From a bacterium (GTDB taxonomy: Bacteria; Vulcanimicrobiota; Vulcanimicrobiia; Vulcanimicrobiales; SCRA01): a stretch of DNA of 64,000 nucleotides. This document shows positions 45,514 through 55,029 of this stretch, piece by piece. A program made the translations under genes and the position numbers. Every line of letters begins with the position of its first letter. The stretch's first letter is position 1. The notes beneath the pieces were generated by a model. It was not told the DNA's origin and made no database searches. It saw nothing but the letters and a program-made list of their open reading frames with translations. The stretch covers positions 16,037 to 80,036 of the forward strand of contig SCRI01000083.1 in the NCBI GenBank assembly GCA_004298675.1, written 5' to 3'.

Positions 45514-47628
45514 ATGATGATCCATTCCCAAGACCGGGACGGCGTGCGCGTGCTCACGCATGACAATCCGCCCGTCAACGCGCTCTCGTTCGCGCTCTCC
45601 AAGGAACTGCTTGCCGCGGTGACCGCCGCGGAAAGCGATCCGGCGGTGCGCGCGGTGATCTTCACGGGCGCCAACCGTATCTTCAGCGCCGGAGCCGACG
45701 TCAACGACTTCCGCGGCGAGCCGGATCCGGAAGCCAAGAGCATCCGCGACGTGATCGCCGCAGTGGAGCGCGGCACCAAGACCTACGTCGCCGCCATCGA
45801 CGGCAACGCCATGGGCGGCGGCCTGGAGCTCTCGCTGGCCTGCGACTATCGCGTCGCCACGCCGCGCTCGAAGGTGGGGCTGCCGGAGATTCGCTTGGGG
45901 CTGATTCCGGGTGCGGGCGGAACGCAGCGCCTGCCGCGCCTGATCGGCGCGCAAGCGGCGCTGGAGATGATGCTCAAGGGCAAGACCGTGCCCGCCGCGG
46001 ACGCAAAGAAAAAAGGCATCCTCGACGAGATCGCTGAGGGCGACGTGGTGGAGGCGGCACTGGCGCTGATCGCACGCGTCGCCGCCGGCGAGCCCAAGCG
46101 CCGCGTCTCGCAGCGCAAGGTGGAGATCGGCGGCGGCATCCAAGCCTTTGCGCTGCCGTACGTCGTGGCCCAGGCGCATAAGATGTGTCCGCCCGAGGAG
46201 AAGGGCGGATTTGCCGCCCACAAGTTGGTGGACGCCGTTCAGGCCGCCTTCGAGCTGCCGTTCAAGCGCGGCTTGGCGCGCGAGTTCCGGCTCTTCGACG
46301 AGCTGGTGCGCTCCGCGCCGGCCCAGGCGCTCATGCACGTCTTCTTCGCCGAGCGCGAGCTGGCGAAGGTTCCGGGATTGCCGGCGGCTCAGCCGCTGCA
46401 GATCAAGAAGGCCGGCGTCATCGGCGCCGGCACGATGGGCACCGGCATCGCGATCACGTTCGCCAACGCCGGCATCCCCGTCACGGTCATCGAGCCCAAA
46501 GACGAACAGATCGAGAACGCCAAGCAGATGGTCTTTGGCATGTTCATGCATGAGGTGAAGCGCGGCCGGCTGACGCAAGAAGAGGCCTGGAAACTAGGCC
46601 AGTCGATCGTCTTCACCGACGAGCACGCGGAGCTCGGCGATGCCGACGTGGTGGTCGAAGCCGTCTTCGAAAGTATGGACGTGAAGCGGCAGGTCTTTCA
46701 GAAGCTCGATCAGGTGACCAAGCCCGAAGCAATCCTCGCGTCGAATACCTCCACCCTGGATATCGACGCGATGGCGGCGCAGACGTCGCGCCCGGGCAGC
46801 GTGCTCGGGCTGCACTTCTTCGCCCCAGCCAACATCATGCAGTTGCTGGAGATCGTGCGCGGCACGCAGACGTCGCCGCAGACGCTGGCTACCGCGCTCA
46901 AGCTGGCCAAGGATCTGCGTAAGATCGGGGTGCTCTCCGCCAACGCCTTTGGCTTCATCGGCAACCGCATGCTCTTCGACTATGCGCGCGAGGTCGTGGC
47001 GCTGGCCGAAGAAGGCGTGGCGCCGCAGCGCGTGGACGCGGTGCTCAAGGACTTCGGCATGGCCATGGGGCCCTTCGCGATGTTCGATCTGAGCGGCGTC
47101 GACGTCTTCTGGCATATCCAGCAGGCCCGCCCGGAGATGGGCTCCGCGCGCACCAAGATCGTCGATCGCATGTACGAGCTCAAACGTCTGGGGCAGAAGA
47201 CCGGCGCAGGCTTCTACAAGTATGAGAAGGGCAGCCGCGATCCCATCCCCGATCCAGAGATCGAGAGACTTTTCGCGGAAGAGGCCGCCAAGGCGGGTAT
47301 CGCGCAACGCACCGGCGTCTCCGACGAAGAGATCGTCAAGCGCGCCATCTACGCGCTCATCAACGCGGGTGCGAATTTGCTCAAGGACGGCGTGGCGCTG
47401 CGCGCCGGCGACATCGACATTGTCTACATCTACGGCTACGGCTTCCCACCGCATCACGGCGGCCCCATGTGGTATGCCGACGAGATCGGCGTGGAACGGG
47501 TCCTCGCCGACATCGCGAGCTTTCGCGAGCGCTTCGGCGCGCAGTGGGAGCCCTCGCCGTTGCTTGTCGAGATTGCACGCGGCGGCAAGAAGTTCGCTAC
47601 GTATACGAAGGAGTTGACCTATGCGTGA
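45514..47628 (+). CDS. Bifunctional enoyl-CoA hydratase / 3-hydroxyacyl-CoA dehydrogenase (FadB/FadJ type)
   Basis: N-terminal crotonase ([19 protein letters not shown]) followed by the NAD Rossmann motif [12 protein letters not shown] and a C-terminal 3HCDH domain. Confidence 0.92.
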   Translation: MMIHSQDRDGVRVLTHDNPPVNALSFALSKELLAAVTAAESDPAVRAVIFTGANRIFSAGADVNDFRGEPDPEAKSIRDVIAAVERGTKTYVAAIDGNAMGGGLELSLACDYRVATPRSKVGLPEIRLGLIPGAGGTQRLPRLIGAQAALEMMLKGKTVPAADAKKKGILDEIAEGDVVEAALALIARVAAGEPKRRVSQRKVEIGGGIQAFALPYVVAQAHKMCPPEEKGGFAAHKLVDAVQAAFELPFKRGLAREFRLFDELVRSAPAQALMHVFFAERELAKVPGLPAAQPLQIKKAGVIGAGTMGTGIAITFANAGIPVTVIEPKDEQIENAKQMVFGMFMHEVKRGRLTQEEAWKLGQSIVFTDEHAELGDADVVVEAVFESMDVKRQVFQKLDQVTKPEAILASNTSTLDIDAMAAQTSRPGSVLGLHFFAPANIMQLLEIVRGTQTSPQTLATALKLAKDLRKIGVLSANAFGFIGNRMLFDYAREVVALAEEGVAPQRVDAVLKDFGMAMGPFAMFDLSGVDVFWHIQQARPEMGSARTKIVDRMYELKRLGQKTGAGFYKYEKGSRDPIPDPEIERLFAEEAAKAGIAQRTGVSDEEIVKRAIYALINAGANLLKDGVALRAGDIDIVYIYGYGFPPHHGGPMWYADEIGVERVLADIASFRERFGAQWEPSPLLVEIARGGKKFATYTKELTYA

Positions 47629-48802
47629 GGCGGCGATCGTCTCGGCGGCACGCACGCCGATCGGCAAGGCATTTCGAGGCGCGTACAATCAGACCCACGG
47701 CGCGACGCTAGCCGGCCACGTCGTGCAGCAGGCGGTCTCGCGGGCGCGGGTCGAGCCGGCCGAAGTCGAGGACGTGGTGATCGGCGTCGGCCTACCCGAA
47801 GGCGCCACTGGCAACAACCTCGGGCGCGTGGCCGCCCTGCGCGCGGGTCTCCCCGTTTCGGTTGCCGGCACCACCGTCAGCCGCTATTGCGCCTCCGGCT
47901 TGCAGGCGATCTCGGTTGCGGCGCAGCGCGTCGTGGTGGATGGCGCCGGCGTGATCGTCGCGGGCGGATGCGAGTCGATCAGCATGGTGCAGAACGACAT
48001 GAACACGCACGACTTCACCGAGGAGTGGATCCTGCGTCATGTCCCGGACCTCTACACGCCGATGCTCTACACCGCCGACTTCGTAGCCAAGAAGTACGGC
48101 GTGTCGCGCGAGCGCCAGGACGAGTATGCGCTGCAGAGCCAGCAACGCACTGCGGCCGCACAGGCGGCGCACAAGTTCGACGACGAGATCGTGCCGCTGC
48201 CAACCTGGAAGTTCATCGAGAGCAAGGAAACCGGCGACGCGCGCGAGGAGCGCGTAGAGTTGAAGGCCGACGAGGGCAACCGTCCCGACACGACCTTGGA
48301 GGGGCTAGCCGCGCTCAAGGGCGTCACCGATCCCGCCTCCTCGATCACCGCCGGCAACTCCTCGCAGCTCTCCGACGGCGCCGCCGCGGTCGTGGTGATG
48401 GAGACGGAGCTCGCGCGGTCGCGGGGGCTGGAGCCGCTGGGATTCTATCGCGGCATGGTCGTCGCCGGCTGCGAGCCCGGTGAGATGGGCATCGGTCCGG
48501 TCTTCGCCGTGCCGGCGCTCCTCAAACGCCACCATCTCACGGTCGATGACATCGGACTGTGGGAGCTCAACGAAGCCTTTGCCGTGCAGACCGTCTACTG
48601 CCGCGACACGCTGGGGATCTCCAACGAAATCTTCAACGTGGATGGAGGCGCCGTCTCCATCGGCCATCCCTACGGCATGAGCGGGGCGCGCATGGTGATG
48701 CACGCGCTGATCGAAGGGAAGCGCCGCAAAGCGAAGCACGTGATCGTGACCATGTGCATCGGCGGCGGGATGGGCGCTGCGGGATTGTTCGAAGTCGCCT
48801 GA
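47621..48802 (+). CDS. fadA: Acetyl-CoA C-acyltransferase (thiolase)
   Basis: [11 protein letters not shown] (active-site Cys), NEAFA and the C-terminal [13 protein letters not shown]. Confidence 0.95.
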   Translation: MREAAIVSAARTPIGKAFRGAYNQTHGATLAGHVVQQAVSRARVEPAEVEDVVIGVGLPEGATGNNLGRVAALRAGLPVSVAGTTVSRYCASGLQAISVAAQRVVVDGAGVIVAGGCESISMVQNDMNTHDFTEEWILRHVPDLYTPMLYTADFVAKKYGVSRERQDEYALQSQQRTAAAQAAHKFDDEIVPLPTWKFIESKETGDAREERVELKADEGNRPDTTLEGLAALKGVTDPASSITAGNSSQLSDGAAAVVVMETELARSRGLEPLGFYRGMVVAGCEPGEMGIGPVFAVPALLKRHHLTVDDIGLWELNEAFAVQTVYCRDTLGISNEIFNVDGGAVSIGHPYGMSGARMVMHALIEGKRRKAKHVIVTMCIGGGMGAAGLFEVA

Positions 48803-48834
48803 CGACCACACCACCTGGTGAAGGGAGAGCAATC

Positions 48835-49302
48835 ATGCCGACCGTACGAACGCGTGAAGGTAAGCTGACCCGGATCTCCGCCGCCGAAGTCCTGCGTGGA
48901 CCGATCAAGAGCAAAACCGTCTTCCCGGTCCTGCTCCTGCACATGCTCGTGCAGGCTCCCGATCACGGCTACGGCCTGATGCAGCGCATCGAGCGCCTTA
49001 CCGGAGATCTCTTGCCGGTCAACACCAACACGATCTATCCGCTGTTGCGCCGGCTGGAGGAGCGCGGCTTCGTCAAGGGCAGCTGGGATCACCCCAGCAA
49101 GCGCGCGCGTAGAATCTACGAGATCACCCCAAGCGGGCGCGAGCGCTTGGACCTGATCAAGGGCAATATGCTGCCGTACCTGGAGATGATTCTGGCGGCG
49201 ATCGTCAAGCTCAAGACCGAGCTATACGGTGAAGCCGCGGCGCCGGTACCGGGAAAGCCCGCCTCCGCCGTGCCCGTGCGCGCGAAGCTGCTGAGCCGGT
49301 AA
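48835..49302 (+). CDS. PadR-family transcriptional regulator
   Basis: PVLLLHMLVQAPDHGYGLMQRIERLTGDLLPVNTNTIYPLLRRLEERGFVKGSW. AAGGGAGAG RBS upstream of the ATG at 48835. Confidence 0.85.
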   Translation: MPTVRTREGKLTRISAAEVLRGPIKSKTVFPVLLLHMLVQAPDHGYGLMQRIERLTGDLLPVNTNTIYPLLRRLEERGFVKGSWDHPSKRARRIYEITPSGRERLDLIKGNMLPYLEMILAAIVKLKTELYGEAAAPVPGKPASAVPVRAKLLSR

Positions 49303-49309
49303 GGCGCTG

Positions 49310-50098
49310 GTGCTCATGACGTTCGAGAATCTGCTGCTGGCTACCGAGTCCGGCGTCGCCACTATCACGATCAATACGCCTCCAGTCAACGCCCTCTCGG
49401 CCAAGACGATGACGGAGCTGGGCCGCGCCTTCGATGCGCTCGAGGGCGAGGCCGGCGTGCGCGCCGTGGTGGTAACCGGTGCGGGAGAAAACGTCTTCAT
49501 CGGCGGTGCGGACATCGGCGAGTTCACGCGCATCGCCTCTCCGGAGGACGCCCGCGCCAAGATGCGCAGCGGAGCCGAGCTCTTCCGCCGCATCGAGCTG
49601 TACCCAAAACCGGTGCTTGCCGCGATCAACGGTATCTGCGCGGGTGGCGGCTGCGAACTCGCGCTGGCTTGCGATCTGCGCATCATGGCCGAGCCGGCCC
49701 GCATCGGTCAGCCGGAGATCAAACTCGGCATCATCCCCGGGTGGGGCGGGACGCAACGGCTGCCGCGCCTGGTGGGGCCGGGCAACGCGCTCATGCTGAC
49801 GATGACGGGGGAGACGATCTCCGCAGCCGAGGCGCTGCGCATCGGCTTGGTCAACGCCGTCGTGCCGGCCGGTGCGGCGCTGGAGCGGGCGGGTGAGATC
49901 GCGCGTCTGCTCGCGCAGCGGCCCCCGCTGGCCTTGGCCGCGCTCAAGCGCGCGGTGACGACGGGGCTGGATGAGGGCTATGCTGCGGGCATCGCCTGCG
50001 AGCAGAGCGAGATGGTGAAGCTCTTCTCCGGTACCGACGTGCGTGAGGGCATCGCGGCGTTCCTCGCCAAGCGCAGCCCCGTCTTCCGGGGGGCTTAG
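49310..50098 (+). CDS. Enoyl-CoA hydratase/isomerase (crotonase)
   Basis: VVVTGAGENVFIGGADI..., AAINGICAGGGCELALACD and the [19 protein letters not shown] motif. Confidence 0.9.
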   Translation: MLMTFENLLLATESGVATITINTPPVNALSAKTMTELGRAFDALEGEAGVRAVVVTGAGENVFIGGADIGEFTRIASPEDARAKMRSGAELFRRIELYPKPVLAAINGICAGGGCELALACDLRIMAEPARIGQPEIKLGIIPGWGGTQRLPRLVGPGNALMLTMTGETISAAEALRIGLVNAVVPAGAALERAGEIARLLAQRPPLALAALKRAVTTGLDEGYAAGIACEQSEMVKLFSGTDVREGIAAFLAKRSPVFRGA

Positions 50099-50954
50099 AC
50101 CCGCCGCCGCGGGCTACATGGTGTGACTTGGCACACTATTCTTTACCCTGGCTTGACGAATACCGCTAGTAGACGCCGAAGCCGCGGCGAACGTTGCCCC
50201 AACCGCCTATCTCCGGCACGTCACCTTCCCCCCGTACCGGCCCGCGGAGTAACGCGTTTATCGGCCGTCCGCAGCGGACGCGAGCGGCGAGAGGGGAAGC
50301 AGGATGCTCTTCGTTCACAAGCACCGTCAACGCAAGGAGATGCCCGTAACACAAAGCATCTTCGCGGGTCGCGCCGGTCTCGACGTGTGCTGCTCCGTGC
50401 GGGTGCCCGGATGCGAGAATCTCGTCAACATCACGATTAGCGCCTTTCCCAACGTCGCGGCGCGCGCTGAAGCCCTGGGCATCGACTTGGCGACCGCGCT
50501 GCTGATCCTGCCGAGCAACTTCGAAACCGCCGCCTCACGCTCAGAGTTTGCGTACGATAGTTCGACGTCATGGCTGAGCGGTGCGCTTACCGATGCGCGC
50601 ATCTCGTACACGGTCTTGCTTCCTAGCCGCGTGTCGCTGCGCAAGACAGAGTTGCACGCGCAGGCTTTCCGTAACCGCGTGGCCGGGACGGCGGAGCTGC
50701 CAATCCTCTGCACCACGCCGCAGTTCGTGGAAAACTCGTTTGACGCGTTTGCGCTGAGCGTTCAGCAGCTCTTCATCGCGGCGCGGATGGCAGGTGGAAA
50801 GCGCGACGCGGATGCCACGGTGATCCACTTGGTCGTAGGCCCGCGCGCGGGGCGCTACGTACGCGTTACCTACGAGGGGCCGACCACCGCGGCGACTCCG
50901 GTCGCCACGGCGATCCGCAATCTGATCGCTCAGACGGCCACGGTCTAGCGCGGG
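50099..50954. other. AT-richer single-gene islet 3
   Basis: The line from 50521 counts 35/60 G+C, against about 44/60 for the backbone. It contains one unrecognised ORF and a 200-240-bp upstream non-coding stretch. Confidence 0.4.
50304..50948 (+). CDS. Hypothetical protein (no family recognised)
   Basis: 214-aa ORF, or 202 aa from ATG 50340. No TM helix or signal peptide. It is convergent with the TPM gene. Confidence 0.4.
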   Translation: MLFVHKHRQRKEMPVTQSIFAGRAGLDVCCSVRVPGCENLVNITISAFPNVAARAEALGIDLATALLILPSNFETAASRSEFAYDSSTSWLSGALTDARISYTVLLPSRVSLRKTELHAQAFRNRVAGTAELPILCTTPQFVENSFDAFALSVQQLFIAARMAGGKRDADATVIHLVVGPRAGRYVRVTYEGPTTAATPVATAIRNLIAQTATV

Positions 50955-51085
50955 CTACCAACCCCCGCCGCCACCGTCGCCACCACCCCAACCGCCGCCG
51001 CCGGCATCGCCGCCACCCCAGCCACCGCCGGGGTCACCGCCGCCCCAACCCCCGCCGGGGTCGCCCCAGCTGCCGCCGGAGGCGT
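50955..51085 (-). repeat. Imperfect tandem coding repeat (about 27-nt units) encoding GGGWGGGD(P/A) units
   Basis: About five imperfect copies of ccccaRccNccgccggNRtcNccgcc on the plus strand. On the minus strand the translation is WGDPGGGWGGGDPGGGWGGGDAGGGGWGGGDGGGGGW. Confidence 0.6.
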
Positions 51086-51968
51086 TACCCATGTCTGGCT
51101 GGCCGGCGTCGGGCTGGTAGGCTCCTGCGTCGGGGTTTGCGGCATTCGGGTCGCCGAACGTGCCGGCGGTGCCAATCGTGCCTTGGTTGTGCTGGCCGAA
51201 GAGCTCGTTGCCTAGCCACGCTCCGCCCAGGCCGCCTAGCAGGCCGCTCCAAAAACCGCCGCCGCCGCCCCAGCCGCCGTAACCGTAACCGGGGCCCCCG
51301 CCTCCGTAGCCGGGGCCCGCTGCGGGGCCTGCTCCGGGCCCGTAGCCCGGCCTGCCGAAGCCGCCGGCGCTACGCAACACCGAGCGTACGATCCAAAAGA
51401 TGCCGACGATGATCAGGATCCACCAGAGCAAGCCCACGTGCGTCCCCCTTTGGCTGCCGGGATACGGTGTCGTGGCAGCGGGGGCGCCGTACGTGACGGA
51501 GCGCGCGCCCGCGGCCGGGTGGCTCCGGTAGGTATCGAGGACGAGGCCGACCGCGTTGGTCACGCCGCCGTCGAAGTCGCCCTGCCGGAACGAAGCGTTC
51601 ATCGCGTCGCGGATATGCGCGATCTCGCCGGGCGGGAAGACGCGGTGGGCGGCCCGGTCACCGACGATGTAATCGCTGTGCTCGGCTTTGGCGACGAAGA
51701 TCAGCACGCCGTTGATGCTCTGCTGAGCGAACGTGCTTTCCGCCGCCGCGGCTAGTGCGGTTCCGTTGAGCGTGGGAACCGTCACCACGACGACTTCTTT
51801 GCCGGTGGCCGAGGCGAAGCTGCCGATCTCCCCGTTCAGAGCGGAGACGGTCCCGCTCGAAAAGAGCGCGGCGCCGTCCTGTACGTATGAGTCCCGCGCC
51901 AGCGCGGGCGCAGCGAGGCCGGCGAGCGCGAATGCGCACGTAGCCGCAAACACCGCGATTCTATTCAT
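50955..51968 (-). CDS. TPM-domain (TLP18.3/Psb32/MOLO-1-like) membrane protein with Gly-rich tail
   Basis: Signal peptide, YVQDGAALFSSGTVSALNGEI...EVVVVTVPTL (the TPM phosphatase-like domain), a TM helix LLWWILIIVGIFWIV and a Gly/Trp-rich C-terminus. Confidence 0.8.
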   Translation of the reverse strand: MNRIAVFAATCAFALAGLAAPALARDSYVQDGAALFSSGTVSALNGEIGSFASATGKEVVVVTVPTLNGTALAAAAESTFAQQSINGVLIFVAKAEHSDYIVGDRAAHRVFPPGEIAHIRDAMNASFRQGDFDGGVTNAVGLVLDTYRSHPAAGARSVTYGAPAATTPYPGSQRGTHVGLLWWILIIVGIFWIVRSVLRSAGGFGRPGYGPGAGPAAGPGYGGGGPGYGYGGWGGGGGFWSGLLGGLGGAWLGNELFGQHNQGTIGTAGTFGDPNAANPDAGAYQPDAGQPDMGNASGGSWGDPGGGWGGGDPGGGWGGGDAGGGGWGGGDGGGGGW

Positions 51969-52025
51969 GAGTCTCTCCATCAGGGCGCAATACCCGGACC
52001 GGCGGGTAAAAGTTTCCGCTGCAGA

Positions 52026-52142
52026 CTACTGGCCGACCGAGGCGCCAATGACGACGATGCCGCCCACGATGCTGAGCGAGAAGAGGATGATGATCGTCCA
52101 AATCACGACGCGCTGGAGGTCGCCGCGGCGGCGTTTGCTCAT
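52026..52142 (-). CDS. Unannotated 38-aa single-TM small protein, translationally coupled to rsfS
   Basis: It translates to MSKRRRGDLQRVVIWTIIILFSLSIVGGIVVIGASVGQ. Its ATG overlaps the rsfS TGA (ATGA). It falls below the size cutoff of the ORF track. Confidence 0.4.
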   Translation of the reverse strand: MSKRRRGDLQRVVIWTIIILFSLSIVGGIVVIGASVGQ

Positions 52143-52492
52143 CGAGCCGCCTCGCTGCGCTCGGCCGCCGTGGCCGTGCCCCAGAGGCGCTCGAGATTGT
52201 AGAAGGCACGCTGCTCGGGCGTAAAGACGTGCGCGACCACCGTTCCGAGATCCACGAGAATCCAGCCCCCGTCGTTGTAACCCTCTACGCGCTGTACCTT
52301 GGCGCCCTCGCCTTCCGCCGCTTCGACGATCGCGTCGGCGATCGCCCGCGTCTGGATCTTCGAGCGTCCCGTAGCCAGTACGAAGGCGTCGGCGATGATC
52401 GTGCGCCCAGCCAAGTCGATGGTGGCCACTTCTTCAGCCTTCTTGTCCAATGCAGCGCGGCTCACGGTTGCGGCGAGCGGGGTTTCAAGCAT
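52139..52492 (-). CDS. rsfS: Ribosomal silencing factor RsfS
   Basis: ALDKKAEEVATIDL...IADAFVLATGRSKIQTRAIADAI...GGWILVDLGTVVAHVFTPEQRAFYNLERLW. Confidence 0.9.
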   Translation of the reverse strand: MLETPLAATVSRAALDKKAEEVATIDLAGRTIIADAFVLATGRSKIQTRAIADAIVEAAEGEGAKVQRVEGYNDGGWILVDLGTVVAHVFTPEQRAFYNLERLWGTATAAERSEAAR

Positions 52493-53075
52493 GCAGTAGC
52501 TCCTCGGGAATGACGGCGCCGTAGGCGCGCGCGCAGGCGAGCGTCTTCGGCGAGGGAGTGAGGCCACGCTCGGCGTTGCGCGCCAGCGTGCTCTCGAGCA
52601 CGGCGCGCATGCCGGCGTCCAGGTCTTGCAGCGCCGTCTCGAGCATTGCGGCGCGGCCATCGTAGACGCGTCCCGGCTCCACGGCATCGGCGATATAGAG
52701 CACGGCGTCGAGGTCCGCCATCTCGGCGGCCCCCAGCGTGTGCTTTTGAATCGCGCTGAGGATGCCCGCGTCGGTGACGCCGAAGCGCTCGCGCGCGAGT
52801 TCCGCGCCCACCGGGGCGTGGATGACGACGGGATGCGCGAGATCGAAGGCGTCGATCGGCAGTTTGCGGCGACGCGCCTCCAGCAAGAGCCGGTCCTTAG
52901 ACCACAGGCGCGCGAGATCGTGGAGCAGTCCAGCGGTTCGGGCGCGCCGCGCACTCAAGCCATGCGCGATGGCCAGGCGTTCCGCGGTGCGGGCGACGCC
53001 GATGCTGTGACGGTAACGAGCCTCTTGTCCGATCTCCTCGCGCACGCGGCGGGCAGTCGCGGTCCACGCCCTCAC
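52485..53075 (-). CDS. yqeK: HD-domain bis(5'-nucleosyl)-tetraphosphatase YqeK
   Basis: RYRHSIGVARTAERLA...AGLLHDLAR (HD motif). The GTG start at 53075 overlaps the rimI stop (GTGA). Confidence 0.8.
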   Translation of the reverse strand: MRAWTATARRVREEIGQEARYRHSIGVARTAERLAIAHGLSARRARTAGLLHDLARLWSKDRLLLEARRRKLPIDAFDLAHPVVIHAPVGAELARERFGVTDAGILSAIQKHTLGAAEMADLDAVLYIADAVEPGRVYDGRAAMLETALQDLDAGMRAVLESTLARNAERGLTPSPKTLACARAYGAVIPEELLHA

Positions 53076-53614
53076 CGTTTGAGCAGCTCTTCCTTGAGGG
53101 TGCGCAGCCGGTTGCGGTAAATCTCGCCCTTGAGGTTGCCGGCCCACATCACCAGCGCGTTCTCGTTGTTGTCGCTGTAGTAGCCGCGGCGCGTGGAAAC
53201 CATCGTAAAACCGTACTTCGTGTAGAGGTTCTGCGCGGTGAGGTTGCTTTCGCGCACCTCGAGCGTGATCCAGGAGGCGCCGCGCTCCATCGCTTCGTCG
53301 ATCAGCTGCACCAAAATGCGTTCACCGAGATGCAGGCCGCGCAGCTCAGGATGGACGGCGATGGTGGTGATGTGGGAGTCCTCCAAGATCACCCAGAGTC
53401 CGCCGTACGCGACCACGCGAGAGGCGATCCGCCCCACGAAGTAGTGCGCGAGCTTGTTGTCCTTGATCTCATTGTAGAAAGCGTTGGGCGGCCAGACCGT
53501 GCTGAACGAGAGCTGCTCGATGCGCGTCACCTCCGGGATGTCGGCAACGACCATCTGCGCGATCTGGAGATCCCCCGGGTTTGGGGCACCGGGACGCCCG
53601 AGTTCGGCCTTCAT
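53072..53614 (-). CDS. rimI: Ribosomal-protein-alanine N-acetyltransferase
   Basis: GNAT core ITTIAVHPELRGLHLGERIL...LEVRESNLTAQNLYTKYGF. The ATG at 53614 overlaps the tsaB stop. Confidence 0.85.
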   Translation of the reverse strand: MKAELGRPGAPNPGDLQIAQMVVADIPEVTRIEQLSFSTVWPPNAFYNEIKDNKLAHYFVGRIASRVVAYGGLWVILEDSHITTIAVHPELRGLHLGERILVQLIDEAMERGASWITLEVRESNLTAQNLYTKYGFTMVSTRRGYYSDNNENALVMWAGNLKGEIYRNRLRTLKEELLKR

Positions 53615-54258
53615 CGCGGTTGGGTTGTACGCGGCCGTTCGCCGTAGTCGGGGACGACTCCGTGTACGCCCTCCAGCGGAACCGCCGCCGCGGCGGCCCG
53701 CGCCACCCGCAGGGCGGCGGGCTCGCCGTCCGTGCAGGGCTGCAGGCGCACGCCGGCCCGTTCGAAGGCTGGAGTCAGCTCCTCCAGCATCCCCGCCGCC
53801 GCCAGCAGCGTGTCGCCGGAGCGGGCGCGCACCCAGGCGGCCACGTCGTCCACGCCGGCGCAGAGCCGCTCCTCGCCGCCGCCCAGGCGCAGGCGCACGC
53901 AGGCCGCCCCGGCCCGGCCGCGCACGGCTACGAGCGCGGGCTCGGTCATCCGCGCGGGGGTCAGCGCGTCGTAGGAGGAGACGCCGATCAAGGGCAGCCC
54001 CAGCGCGAAGGCCAGCGACTTGGCGTACGTCAGCGCGATGCGCAGGCCCGTGAATCCCCCTGGGCCCACCGTCACCGCCAGCCGTCCGAGATCGGCGGGG
54101 CGCTTGCCGGCGGCGCGCAGCGCGGCGTCCGTGGCGCGCAGCCCCTGTTCCAGGGCGTCGCGCGGCGGGGCCGACTCGACCCACGTTGATCCGCTCACCG
54201 TGTCCAGCAGAGCCGCCGTCAGAGGCCCCAGAGCGCCGTCGAGGGCCAGAATCAGCAC
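53611..54258 (-). CDS. tsaB: tRNA t6A biosynthesis protein TsaB
   Basis: VLILALDGALGPLTAAL...LAVTVGPGGFTGLRIALTYAKSLA. The GTG start at 54258 overlaps the tsaE end. Confidence 0.85.
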   Translation of the reverse strand: MLILALDGALGPLTAALLDTVSGSTWVESAPPRDALEQGLRATDAALRAAGKRPADLGRLAVTVGPGGFTGLRIALTYAKSLAFALGLPLIGVSSYDALTPARMTEPALVAVRGRAGAACVRLRLGGGEERLCAGVDDVAAWVRARSGDTLLAAAGMLEELTPAFERAGVRLQPCTDGEPAALRVARAAAAAVPLEGVHGVVPDYGERPRTTQPR

Positions 54259-54716
54259 GCCGCCTCCAGGCAGCCGAGCAGGCGTTCCGAGCGCGGCCCG
54301 CCGGCGTGGAGGGTGATGGAGCGGGGGAGGGCACCGATGCCCTCGATCGTGACGGCGAGGCGGTCCTCCGGCAGCAACTCGGGTGCCCGCTCGGGCCACT
54401 CCACCAGCACCACCGCGTCGGGGGTCAAGGCTTCCTCGAATCCCAGCTCCTCGAGCTCGTGCTCGCTCTCGACGCGATAGAGGTCGAGATGGTGGAGCGG
54501 GGGCTCCTTGCGGTAGCGGTGCCAGAAGACGAAAGTGGGGCTGGCAACCGGATCGTCGCCTAGCGCGGCGCGCACCACGCCGCGGATCATGGTGGTCTTT
54601 CCACTGCCCAATTCTCCGCTGAACGCCAAGACGTCGCCGGGGCGCAGATTGCGCCCGATGCGCTCGCCCAGTGCGATGGTCTCTTCGGCGGAGTAGGTGG
54701 TGGTACGTTGGAGCAC
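54252..54716 (-). CDS. tsaE: tRNA t6A biosynthesis ATPase TsaE
   Basis: GDVLAFSGELGSGKTTMIRG (Walker A) and ...SPTFVFWHRY...HHLDLYRV. Confidence 0.9.
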   Translation of the reverse strand: MLQRTTTYSAEETIALGERIGRNLRPGDVLAFSGELGSGKTTMIRGVVRAALGDDPVASPTFVFWHRYRKEPPLHHLDLYRVESEHELEELGFEEALTPDAVVLVEWPERAPELLPEDRLAVTIEGIGALPRSITLHAGGPRSERLLGCLEAAC

Positions 54717-54837
54717 GTCGCGGCGCGCTTCGCCGTACCAGGCGCGCCGGCCCTCTGCGACGAAGGGGAGAGGCGATCTCTAATCGCTTGCGGAGGGCAG
54801 CTTTCTGCTACTGAGGGTCAACGACATCGCGCTCGGC

Positions 54838-55029
54838 TTGGTCGTCGGAATCATCTCGGCGTTGGTCGGTGCGGGCATTGAGGCAGGCGTGATCTTCACC
54901 CGCTTCATGAGTGCGGGCCACGCGCCCGAGGGCTCGCGCTTGGGCCTCGTCGCCATCATTGGCGCGATCGTGGGCGCGATCGTCGGTTGGATCTTCGGGT
55001 CGATCACCCGTCCGCGCAAGCGCGTGTGA
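54838..55029 (+). CDS. Small Gly-zipper membrane protein (GlsB/YeaQ/YmgE-like?)
   Basis: 63 aa with two hydrophobic Gly-rich helices (VVGIISALVGAG; LVAIIGAIVGAIVGWIFG) and high third-position GC. The start is uncertain (TTG, with no clear RBS). Confidence 0.4.
   Translation: MVVGIISALVGAGIEAGVIFTRFMSAGHAPEGSRLGLVAIIGAIVGAIVGWIFGSITRPRKRV

Noticed and set aside
43713-45779. Very long antisense or alternate-frame ORFs. Examples: 688 aa opposite the acyl-CoA dehydrogenase; 55298-57010 (570 aa) opposite gyrA; 1807-2844; 10890-11858; 21506-22546; 31296-32564; 36235-37329; 45433-46578; 46594-47688.
   Set aside because: Each lies opposite or out of frame with a gene that has clear family motifs. 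Their translations are low-complexity and rich in Arg, Ala, Pro and Gly. Stop codons are rare in every frame of DNA this GC-rich. They are treated as compositional artefacts.
50306-50320. An isolated TTCACAA (Rex half-site-like) near the start of the orphan ORF.
   Set aside because: No matching TTGTGAA half-site lies at the required spacing. A single heptamer is not evidence for an operator.
50955-51420. Glycine-rich low-complexity tail and GGGWGGGD repeats of the TPM-domain protein, as a possible novel repeat system.
   Set aside because: To my knowledge, Gly-rich C-terminal tails following the TM helix are a common feature of TPM/YgcG-type proteins. The repeat is in frame and coding, so it is recorded as a repeat feature only.
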